A stretch of 64,000 nt of DNA from an uncultured Oligoflexus sp. (GTDB lineage: Bacteria; Bdellovibrionota_B; Oligoflexia; Oligoflexales; Oligoflexaceae). The DNA lies in assembly GCA_964236955.1 (NCBI GenBank), contig CAXSGP010000005.1, forward strand, positions 1-64,000, written 5' to 3'. A model generated the notes under the pieces. It did no database searches. It had not been told where the DNA came from and saw nothing but the letters and a program-made list of their open reading frames with translations. This document shows positions 9,634 to 18,008 of this stretch, piece after piece; the stretch's first letter is position 1, and each line of letters opens with the position of its first letter. The translations under genes were made by a program, and so were the position numbers.

Positions 9634-10809
9634 ATGCATTTACCTTTCAGGAGCCTTTTTGTGGCCCTGCTATCGACCAATTTTACTGTTTCCTGCGTTC
9701 CTGCCGCCAAGGGCAACAAACATGACTATGTAAGAAACCGTCTGCCTTTGGCCAATGCCTTTTTCGTTCATGGGGATCCCAAAGAACTCTATAAAGGAAC
9801 GGTCCAGGACAAGTCGGGCCTCGGCACCTTCGCCCGGGCCAGTGATCTGGATCACTACACCATCACTGGTTTCGCACAGTTTAAACAGGTCGTTGCCAAA
9901 GACTCTGTGCAAAAGATTTCATCCCAGGATGAGCTTGAGGAAAGAAACAGTACAAATGCTAGCGAAGGAGAGCACCAGGGCTTCAGTGATTATTCCTTTG
10001 TTGCCGATGGTAAGGCCTTGCTTTTGAAAGACAGTAGCCAGGGCCATGAGGATTATCCTGTCCTTACGTTCGTGGCAGAGAAAGGCAACCTCGTCCTCGC
10101 GCTAGTCGATAACTTTAATGCCACTCCCGTGCATTACAGTATTAAAGAAAATGGCGAAGCCTTCAGCCTGCTTTACAGCACGGAAGATGATCATGGTATA
10201 GCGTTAAATGCCCTTTACTTCACCAAGATCAAACCGGTCAGTCGTATGGTGCGCATCCTAAACCTTCCCCAAAACTACTTCCTGCTGGGTGATGGCAAAG
10301 CGGTCAACTGGAGACGGGATATCTCCGTTGATGTTTGTGGTTCTACAAAATTGGAATATAAAACATTAGTCGAAGATTCGCTTGAAAATTGGTCTATCGC
10401 GGGTGGATTCAAGCCCGGATTCATTGGCGATAACCGATACACGGTCAATGTAAAACCAAAAGCCAAACCCTTTACCGATCTCAACCAGAACTGCGTAAAT
10501 TTCATCGAGAATTATAAAAATGAAGATCAGGACGACTTGGTCAATATGGGTGTAACGCTGCCTATGATAGATGAATTCAGTCAGGAGATTTATAACGCCC
10601 AGATCTTCATCTTTCTCAATGCCACAAAACGATCAGGGATGCCGATCGGCAGCGTCTTGACTCATGAAATGGGCCATCTCCTAGGACTTGGTCACGAATT
10701 TAAAAAGAATGCGCATGATGTTGTCTTTCCTTCCATCATGGGCTATGAGGGCGTCATCGCTATCACTGATGCCGACCGCAAAGCCATTCGCTCGCTTTAC
10801 TCTAAATAA
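9634..10809 (+). CDS. Metzincin (matrixin/M10-like) zinc metalloprotease lipoprotein
   Basis: Signal ending TVS-C; HEMGHLLGLGH zinc motif and SIMGY Met-turn at the C-terminus. Confidence 0.85.
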   Translation: MHLPFRSLFVALLSTNFTVSCVPAAKGNKHDYVRNRLPLANAFFVHGDPKELYKGTVQDKSGLGTFARASDLDHYTITGFAQFKQVVAKDSVQKISSQDELEERNSTNASEGEHQGFSDYSFVADGKALLLKDSSQGHEDYPVLTFVAEKGNLVLALVDNFNATPVHYSIKENGEAFSLLYSTEDDHGIALNALYFTKIKPVSRMVRILNLPQNYFLLGDGKAVNWRRDISVDVCGSTKLEYKTLVEDSLENWSIAGGFKPGFIGDNRYTVNVKPKAKPFTDLNQNCVNFIENYKNEDQDDLVNMGVTLPMIDEFSQEIYNAQIFIFLNATKRSGMPIGSVLTHEMGHLLGLGHEFKKNAHDVVFPSIMGYEGVIAITDADRKAIRSLYSK

Positions 10810-10832
10810 ATTCAGCTTCTCATACCTGGTCA

Positions 10833-10866
10833 AGGTCTTCCATCAACAGGGAAGGCCATTTTTTTT
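10833..10866 (+). terminator. Intrinsic terminator
   Basis: GGTCTTCC-atcaacag-GGAAGGCC followed by a T-tract. Confidence 0.6.
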
Positions 10867-10871
10867 ATTTC

Positions 10872-11226
10872 CCAGGATCTGATAAGGGGGCTTTCCACCC
10901 TCAGCCACGCCGTTTCCTAAAACATTATCCCGATCCGACTCGGCCTGTTTTTGCGGAGATCCTATCGCAAAAGCCGAACGGCTGACAGGATAGGCCCCAT
11001 TGCATACAAATGTATGGTAATAGGAAAGTTCAACGCCGGTTAAAACGTTGCGCAAGAACCGGCGCGTCCTGAATTCGGGGCCGAAGGAGTATTATGAATA
11101 GAGAACGATAGTGAGCCTAAAGACCCAAATAGACGTCGTTTGCTGAGAAATGGCGAGTGTTAATTGAGCCTTAGTAAGGAGGTTCGCTCGTTCGATAGGG
11201 TGTCCCCCGTCGTCATCACCAGCTGG
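10872..11226. ncRNA. Candidate large structured non-coding RNA of unknown family
   Basis: No credible ORF; nine or more nested complementary segments including end-to-end closing helices (see findings). Confidence 0.55.
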
Positions 11227-11408
11227 ACAGCCGTATCCCATTGAAATTTCTATTCTGAAGTCGCTTTTGAACAGGCCCTATGCGTTGTGGCCCCAGACAT
11301 TAAACCAAGCTTTCGTTTTTTACAACGATAAGGCTTGCCATTTTAGCCTAACGCTGTTACTTTCGGAGCATTCCTCTCGAGGAGTAATTACCGTAAAACT
11401 GGAGCCGA

Positions 11409-11777
11409 ATGAAGATTATTGTATGTGGATCGCAAAACTACCAAGACTCTCAGCTACTCACCAAGACACTCCGTGAATACACAAAACGCCACAAAGTTTC
11501 GACTATCGTCCTGGGCCAGGAGCTTGGAGCTGAGACTATGGCAGCTGAGTGGGCCATGCAGAATAACGTTCGTTTATCTATCGTACCTACGAATCGCAAG
11601 ATTCAAGGTGTTGAAGCGACGATTGAACGTAATAAACGCATCATCGATGCCAATCGAGATGCATCAGCCGTCCTCCATTTTATGGGTTGTGAAGGCTCCG
11701 AAGATCTCTGTTTGAGAGCACTGAATAACAATATCGTAGTAGATGACGTTATTGGCTATCATTCTTCAGTCTGTTAA
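11409..11777 (+). CDS. SLOG superfamily protein (DUF2493/YspA-like)
   Basis: KIIVCGS..Y.D, GAETMAAEWA, ERNKRII pattern; GGAG RBS; TTGCCA-N17-TACTTT upstream at 11335. Confidence 0.78.
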   Translation: MKIIVCGSQNYQDSQLLTKTLREYTKRHKVSTIVLGQELGAETMAAEWAMQNNVRLSIVPTNRKIQGVEATIERNKRIIDANRDASAVLHFMGCEGSEDLCLRALNNNIVVDDVIGYHSSVC

Positions 11778-11811
11778 TTCCTCAGCGAATTAAAGTCGGG
11801 CTAGAATTGAT

Positions 11812-11846
11812 AAAAGCGACTTACTCTTGGAGCAAGTCGCTTTTTT
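11812..11846. terminator. Bidirectional intrinsic terminator
   Basis: AAAAGCGACTT...AAGTCGCTTTTTT between convergent genes. Confidence 0.8.
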
Positions 11847-11887
11847 AGGTCATTTTTTCGGACTGCAGCAGGCATGCAGCTTCCGCT

Positions 11888-13579
11888 TTATTGCTGGCCC
11901 ACAAATCCATCGTGCATCTTGGAATATACGCCCGCTGCCGTCTCCCGAGGCTCGGGCTTGAACCGAGGCGAAAAAAGACCACGTTCCGGATCAAGGGCTG
12001 GATACTTAAGTCCCAGTAAATCAGCGATAGAAGGCGTCAAGCGCGAAGTGGTAAAGGGTCGGTTCTGGTAGCTGCGAATGGCCTTCATACCCTTGACGTG
12101 AGTCCTACTATAGCTATCGGATGTCGCCAGGATAAGCGGAATTTCGCTCATGGATCGGGTTAAATTCATATCGTTATGGCCGTGAAAGTTTTTGCTCTCG
12201 TACACTTCTTCCCCATGATCACTAAAATAAACCCCCAGAGCTTCATGCTTTGCCGATTTGATGCGGGTGAAAATGCGGCTTAGGATTTCATCCTGATACG
12301 CGATTGCGTTATCATAATTATTAATCAAAAGATTGGCATCCTTATCCTTTATCACTGGGTTCAGATCGTTAGGCACATTATCGTTAAATATCTTCGACGC
12401 AGCCGGATAGCGCTTTTCGTAGGTGAAGTGGGCCCCCATCAGGTGGATAAAGATCATATTCTTTTCACCCGTACGGTCGGCCTCGCTCATAGCATCGTCG
12501 AGTGGAGCAAAAATCTTTTCATCAAGAGAGGTATTGCGGTCCGCTTCAGCGGCGCTCGAAACGTCATGATTGACAAAAATCGCCTTGTCGGCGGATTTTC
12601 CCAGGTGGACAAGTACGTTGTCGTCAAAGCCGACCGGTGTTTGATTTGAGATCCAAGTCACGTGATAGCCTGCACCCCGCGCGATATCGACAAGCGTTGC
12701 TGAAGTGCAGTTGATTTCCCCCGCTCGGAGCTTTTCCGAACAAAGAGCTCCCATCACGGCCGGTATCGTGTGAGCAACCGGTGTGATGACATCGTTAAAA
12801 ATGACCAGATCGTCTTTCATTTGAGCGAGCTTTGGGGTGGTGGGTCGATGATAGCCATAGATTTCCAGGTTATGGCGAGTCGTTGACTCGCCAATCACCA
12901 CAACGACGAGCGGAGCCAACTTCTTTTCATCGATGACTTTCAGTTGTAGATCCTCAGCAATATCGCCTCGATTTTGCCAGCGCAATCGCTCTTCATTCCA
13001 GGCCTGCATCTGGCTGCGGTATCGGATGACCGATGTTAGGACTCGGTCGGTAAAGGCAACCTCATGGAGATCCCAGGCAGCTAAAACTGGGTCATGGCTA
13101 GCTTTTCGCAAAAGGGGTCCCGAGGCTAAGAGGCTCAGGGTAAACATAAGGACTGTTGCCTTCCAATTCTTAAAGGTAGGACTCCTGGCAAAAAAGGCCA
13201 AACTGCCGCCTAAGATAAGGACTGTGATGACAGCAGCCAGGGCAATGCGGGTGGAGTAGGCGGCTGTGAATTCCATAGCTTCAGAGCTGTTCGATTGTAA
13301 AATAGCGAAGACACCGCTCAGTGAAACCGGACTGCTGAATATAACCAGACTTATGACATTGAGAAGGGTGGTGAAAGCTAAGGGAATAAAGACAATGATT
13401 GCAAGCAGGCGCCCCTTTTTCCCGGGCAAACTCAATAAAGTCATCTGCAAGAGGGTGAGGGCAAGCAAGGTGGCCAGTGCTCTGCTGTCGATGAGGTACA
13501 GGGGATCAAGCGCATATTTGAGGCCCACGGGTCCTGCGTGAATTATAAGCGCGAGGATTGCGACCCAAAGTAGATTCAT
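11888..13579 (-). CDS. Phosphoethanolamine transferase (EptA/CptA family)
   Basis: About five N-terminal TMs; VVIGEST, catalytic Thr region AHTIPA, HLMGAH, YDNAI, FSDHGE. Confidence 0.9.
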   Translation of the reverse strand: MNLLWVAILALIIHAGPVGLKYALDPLYLIDSRALATLLALTLLQMTLLSLPGKKGRLLAIIVFIPLAFTTLLNVISLVIFSSPVSLSGVFAILQSNSSEAMEFTAAYSTRIALAAVITVLILGGSLAFFARSPTFKNWKATVLMFTLSLLASGPLLRKASHDPVLAAWDLHEVAFTDRVLTSVIRYRSQMQAWNEERLRWQNRGDIAEDLQLKVIDEKKLAPLVVVVIGESTTRHNLEIYGYHRPTTPKLAQMKDDLVIFNDVITPVAHTIPAVMGALCSEKLRAGEINCTSATLVDIARGAGYHVTWISNQTPVGFDDNVLVHLGKSADKAIFVNHDVSSAAEADRNTSLDEKIFAPLDDAMSEADRTGEKNMIFIHLMGAHFTYEKRYPAASKIFNDNVPNDLNPVIKDKDANLLINNYDNAIAYQDEILSRIFTRIKSAKHEALGVYFSDHGEEVYESKNFHGHNDMNLTRSMSEIPLILATSDSYSRTHVKGMKAIRSYQNRPFTTSRLTPSIADLLGLKYPALDPERGLFSPRFKPEPRETAAGVYSKMHDGFVGQQ

Positions 13580-13789
13580 CGTCCTTCTCCCGTGTAATCG
13601 TTGACTTTAAGTTTTCGAAATCTAATGCAGACAGAAAAGACGAAAACTACATCATGTATATAATGGCATAATGTTTAAAATACAAGATGTATTATGTCAA
13701 TTTTGCTAAGATCGAGGGGGATCGGTAAGGTGATGAATTTATTAAAAGGCAGGGCCTTGAAGGCAGCAAGCGTGAAGGTGGGATAGGCC

Positions 13790-14068
13790 TCAACGAATGC
13801 TCATTCGTTTTAAGAGATATTCTACGGTTTCGAAAAGCAGAATATCCTCGCGCCTGAGCTTGCGCAAGGCCTCGGTTCTTTCGGGTAAAGTCATTTTTGT
13901 GAGACGCTTGGCAAGACCTTCGGCTTGACTGTGGTCGGAATCTTTTTGCAGCTCCTCCCTTGCCTCTTCGAGGTCCTCTGCATTCATAGATAAGATATCC
14001 TCGACATCTTCCCTATCGAGCGAATCAGTATTCAATGGCCGATTCTTTTTCTTCTTTTTCACCGGCAA
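13790..14068 (-). CDS. Small charged hypothetical protein
   Basis: 92-aa helical ORF with poly-Lys N-terminus; TTG start with a G-rich upstream stretch. Confidence 0.55.
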   Translation of the reverse strand: MPVKKKKKNRPLNTDSLDREDVEDILSMNAEDLEEAREELQKDSDHSQAEGLAKRLTKMTLPERTEALRKLRREDILLFETVEYLLKRMSIR

Positions 14069-14246
14069 TACCCACCCCTGCTATGTCTGACTACTAAGGC
14101 AAAACCATTCTATTCATTATAGCGGGATTCAGTCTTTCAATTTCAATTCTAATTACAGCACCGGTCCTACCAGATTGAAAAGGCGACCCAAGAAAGGCCG
14201 CCATCTAACTTGAATTTTATTATTCAGGAATCGCTGATCAAAAAAA

Positions 14247-15017
14247 TCAGGCAGCTGGGGCTCCAAGGACAATAACAGCGTCAGCTGGCTTCGGAGCATC
14301 CTTGGCAACCCCTTGGCCCTGGTGGGAACTTTGGACGCTTACTTTCATTGCGGCGCGCAAAGCATCGAACTCTTCCTTATTGAGCTGACCGTTACCGTCT
14401 TTGTCGAATTCCGCTAGGATGTCTTCAAAGGTCTTTTTCACGCGCTCAGCTTGGGCCCCTTGGCCGGCATGGTCGCGGAATTTGCCTATGCGAATGCCCT
14501 GGGCTTTGAGGACAACTTCCAACTCCACCGCATCCAAGAATTCATCGGTACCTTTGGCCGCATTAAAGGCGTCTTCAAATTTCTTGGTAACTTCAACGAG
14601 TTTCTCTGGAGTCAGAGCTTTGCATTTGTCACCGACAGTTTTAAGGATAGCGAGGAATTCATCCTTTGAAAGAGTCTTGGAGCCATCATTATCGAGCTGA
14701 GCCAAAAGGCGTCCAGCGGCAGCTTTGATGCGCGCGGCTTTCAAGTCTTCCTTTACGGAATCGGTAGGTTGATCCGTTGGCGTTGTCGGTGTGCCTGCTG
14801 AGTTAACCACATCGTCGAGATAGACGCTGCTTTGCGCTTCTAAATCCGCCCGGGACGCCCCTGCGCCTGTTTCTCCATTTACATCGGCTGCAGCATTCAC
14901 GCTGGCCTCGACTGCAGGCTTTTCTTGATTCATATTCTTGTCTTGTGGGTCGGCGCCGCAAGCAAGCAAAAATAGCCCCGGTACGACACTTAGAAGTTTG
15001 CTAGAGATTTTAATCAT
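14247..15017 (-). CDS. EF-hand calcium-binding lipoprotein
   Basis: Lipobox LLA-C; EF loops DNDGSKTLSKDE and DKDGNGQLNKEE. Confidence 0.82.
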   Translation of the reverse strand: MIKISSKLLSVVPGLFLLACGADPQDKNMNQEKPAVEASVNAAADVNGETGAGASRADLEAQSSVYLDDVVNSAGTPTTPTDQPTDSVKEDLKAARIKAAAGRLLAQLDNDGSKTLSKDEFLAILKTVGDKCKALTPEKLVEVTKKFEDAFNAAKGTDEFLDAVELEVVLKAQGIRIGKFRDHAGQGAQAERVKKTFEDILAEFDKDGNGQLNKEEFDALRAAMKVSVQSSHQGQGVAKDAPKPADAVIVLGAPAA

Positions 15018-15223
15018 CTACTATTCCTTTTTAAGATCATGAGCATGGCAAATATTTATCGGGCTGAATAGGCTGAATCTAAAGAGGAATATTTGAAGAC
15101 TTGCAAGACCTTAAAATTATTTATGTATAATTTACAAAAGGAAGAGTGAATAAATATTAGATAGCGATTAAAAGTATGGGAAAGGGAGAAACCAAGGCAC
15201 GGCCTTGGTTTCTTAAGCTGAGG

Positions 15224-15472
15224 CTACATGAGAGGTTTGCTGTTGCGTCTGTTGCTTTTATAGTCGGCTACGCTATGACTCAAAAAAACATTATTCTCAT
15301 CGACCCGTTCGATCCACGTCAGTGGAATCCAGTGATGCAGTCGATCTTCAGCGTCCTTTCTATTGAGTTTTAAATAGTCGCCATCAATATGATCGACACT
15401 TCCGACCTTTACCCCTTTCGCCAGCACGGTGAGATTTGGTTTGATCTGAGCGCTAATTTCCGCTTGTTCCAT
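15224..15472 (-). CDS. DUF2171 family protein
   Basis: GVKVGSVDHIDGDYLKLNRKD..D..HHWIPLTWI; ATG at 15472 with AAGGGA RBS. Confidence 0.85.
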   Translation of the reverse strand: MEQAEISAQIKPNLTVLAKGVKVGSVDHIDGDYLKLNRKDAEDRLHHWIPLTWIERVDENNVFLSHSVADYKSNRRNSKPLM

Positions 15473-15874
15473 AGACAGTTCCCTTAACGATTGGAGGTCA
15501 ATGAGCAAAAAATAAGCCTTTATCACCAGCAATTTTTCTACTGGCAAAGTTTCAACCACTTTCGACCTTATGACAAATTTATAGGGGGGCGACAAGTCCG
15601 TAAGATTACCATGAAAGGGATCAATTCTGTTTCCAAGCTTTCAGAACGCCACTGTTCTAGCGCCCTGTACTCTGAGAGTAAACCGTAGCCTCTAACGTTT
15701 CGAAGACCGATATTTTATGCTAGGCTAGCGTGCAAAGGCGCAGCCCGGTTAGCGAGTCCATGAGAATCGCAATCATGAGAGCCAGGAAGGCGAAACACTT
15801 GTCACTATAATAGGGCCGTGATTCTAAATTCTGTACTCCAATCCCAATCCAAAATAAGAAATGAAAGTAAAAAA

Positions 15875-16405
15875 ATGAGCCTAATATTGACTATAATCCT
15901 TGGCATCTTAGCTGTCGGAATTTTAATGTTCGTAGGTATAGGTCTTGCTCTTGCCTTCGGTCTCCTCCTCATCGGCGTGCTCATCCTAGGACTGTTCTCG
16001 CTCATCTTTGGCCAAGGATTTTCCTGTTCAACAATAGGCTTCGATAATCAAGCGAATAAAATCCCCCAACAGTTTAATCAATGCCTGCTAGCCACCGACC
16101 TGGACTTATGCAGGACGCAGTACACGGTCTGGTCGGCTGAACAATCCAAGCTCGTCACTCAGCTTGCCAAACAGGTTCGAGAGGAGCTTGGGGAAAGACT
16201 GCCCGACTCGACACAATCCACTGAGATATCGCAGAACACTATTAATGGCGAGGTCACGATTACCATCAACGAGGAAAGCGATTTTGCCAGGAAAAAGGGC
16301 GTAAGGGAGCACTACGTAATCGTCAAAGACGGCAAGGATAAGGTTTTTAAGATCAAAGATTTAAATTGGGACTATGGCGATGCATCCCCCATTCAAAACC
16401 CTTAA
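15875..16405 (+). CDS. Hypothetical membrane protein
   Basis: Two hydrophobic N-terminal segments then a soluble domain; start 15875 (or 15818). Confidence 0.65.
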   Translation: MSLILTIILGILAVGILMFVGIGLALAFGLLLIGVLILGLFSLIFGQGFSCSTIGFDNQANKIPQQFNQCLLATDLDLCRTQYTVWSAEQSKLVTQLAKQVREELGERLPDSTQSTEISQNTINGEVTITINEESDFARKKGVREHYVIVKDGKDKVFKIKDLNWDYGDASPIQNP

Positions 16406-16775
16406 GACGAAGGTCCTCGGCGCAACTTTCTTTTGCTCCGGCAGTCCTGAGCGGGACCCAATCCTTAGCAAAATGCTGCTCCCTTACGGCCATGGTCGCA
16501 CGGTCGGTGCGGATAAGTCCCGCAACAAAAGCTAGCCCGGGCTATCGACAAGCCCAGGTGAAGCCGCCGTATTCATTGGGCGGAGCATCATCCAGACCTC
16601 CTTAATCTTGATTCTCACTCAATCTTAGCCCTATCTGTCTCCTTATTGTTACAGCTTGTAGGGAGAATGATGCAATTCTGCCTCATCTGCATCCCTTGGA
16701 GCTTCAGATTCACAGTGATTTGCTAAAATTGTACATAAAACATGCATTTATTAGGGTCAGAGCGCCTTCAAACTT

Positions 16776-16791
16776 TGGTCCAGTCCTTGCT
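16776..16791 (+). promoter_or_regulatory. Candidate sigma54 promoter
   Basis: TGGTCCAgtccTTGCT (GG-N10-GC), about 50 nt upstream of the OMP start. Confidence 0.45.
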
Positions 16792-16839
16792 CTATTGAGA
16801 TCGGGTAACGTTTCCTCTAGGTATAGTGAAAGGTAATTT

Positions 16840-17490
16840 ATGATTAAGTTTATTACGGGCCTCGCAGCTATCGGTCTCATGGGAACTGCTGCTCAAGCTG
16901 AAGAAGTCTTTACCATCAAAGCTAAAGCCATCAGTAGTAATTCAAATTTCAAAGCGAATTCTGTTGCCGTTCAAGGACCAGGTGGAACGCGCCGACTGGA
17001 AAACGCGGATTCTAACGTCAACGCTATGGGCTACGGAGCTGATTTCGATTTTAGAATCGGGGAATACGGCCACCTCGGAGCCGAAGTTAACTATACCGAC
17101 TATTTCAATGCCAACGAGAAAGTTAGCTATTCCGACCTCTATCCTGCTATTTATGGTGCTGTCGATTTTGTTAAAGACACAAACTATTCAGTTTATGGGA
17201 AAACCGGCATTTCCTATCATAAACTCGATCTCAAGGACACCAATATGGGTCCTATAACCGTAGCTTACGATGATTTCGATATTTGGAACTTCGATGCTGG
17301 CCTAGGTGTTCAGAGCAAATTGACCAAAGACACATCAATAGGCCTGGAGTATCGCTATACGGGCAGTTTTCAACCTGAAAGCGTCGCGCTTAACTACTCA
17401 GGCTTTGGCTTGGCTGCAACTCCGGAAAGGCTCCGTGACATCAAGCTTATGAAAAATGAAGTTACAGCCTCTGTCGGTATGATGCTGTGA
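16840..17490 (+). CDS. OmpA-like 8-stranded outer membrane beta-barrel protein
   Basis: Signal peptide AQA; amphipathic strands, YGKTGISY, AGLGVQ, IGLEYRY. Confidence 0.82.
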   Translation: MIKFITGLAAIGLMGTAAQAEEVFTIKAKAISSNSNFKANSVAVQGPGGTRRLENADSNVNAMGYGADFDFRIGEYGHLGAEVNYTDYFNANEKVSYSDLYPAIYGAVDFVKDTNYSVYGKTGISYHKLDLKDTNMGPITVAYDDFDIWNFDAGLGVQSKLTKDTSIGLEYRYTGSFQPESVALNYSGFGLAATPERLRDIKLMKNEVTASVGMML

Positions 17491-17564
17491 CTTTTGCTCA
17501 TCTGGAAGGGGAGAGCATCCAACACACCCGGCCGATCTCATCTTCATAAGAATCTCCAAACTCT

Positions 17565-17611
17565 ATTAGGGGCTGCTGACGTTTGCTTTAGCCAATGTCA
17601 ACAGCCCTAAG
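17565..17611. repeat. REP-like palindromic dispersed repeat, copy 2
   Basis: TTAGGGGCTGCTGACGTT...AATGTCAACAGCCCTAA hairpin; matches 7-53 in reverse orientation. Confidence 0.6.
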
Positions 17612-18008
17612 CCAGTTTTATGGATCAACTGATCGGCAAAAGCAATCCTTGCCTATTGGGACGTTCACGTCTTTTGACTAGGCTTAGCGGCATACTCGGG
17701 GTCAGCTACGACTCACGTTCATGCGTGCGCACCAATCGTGACAAAGCAGACTCGTCGTTTCATTTAGAGTAAAGCTAAAATAAGAGTTTATCCTCACATT
17801 TCAATCTCTTATTCCAAACGTCAATCCGTAATTAGCGCACACGGCAAACGAGAAACACGTCTTAGTCCCTTTAGCGCTCATCAACTAGCCAATAGACTTC
17901 CCATTTACAGCATATTATATAGCTTGGGCAGGCGGTTCCGTCCGTAACTGTGCCGCGATGGCAATCATTATTTTACCAGGCCAAACCCTTCGATCCAAGG
18001 ATCCACCC

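Noticed and set aside
10886..11208. tmRNA reading of the structured element (minus strand GGGGGA start; GCAAACGAC... giving ANDVYLGL*)
   Set aside because: No T-arm, no CCA end, no G3-U pair, and the tag does not end in an AA-like degron
10872..11226. Retron msr-msd or group II intron
   Set aside because: No reverse transcriptase in the window and no domain V motif recognised
16402..16605. Short ORFs or gene remnant between the membrane protein and OMP genes
   Set aside because: Interrupted frames with no recognisable homology
17920..17990. Cobalamin riboswitch upstream of the TonB pair (CCGTAACTGT resembles CCGCAACTGT)
   Set aside because: Other conserved elements (GGGAA, B12 box) not found
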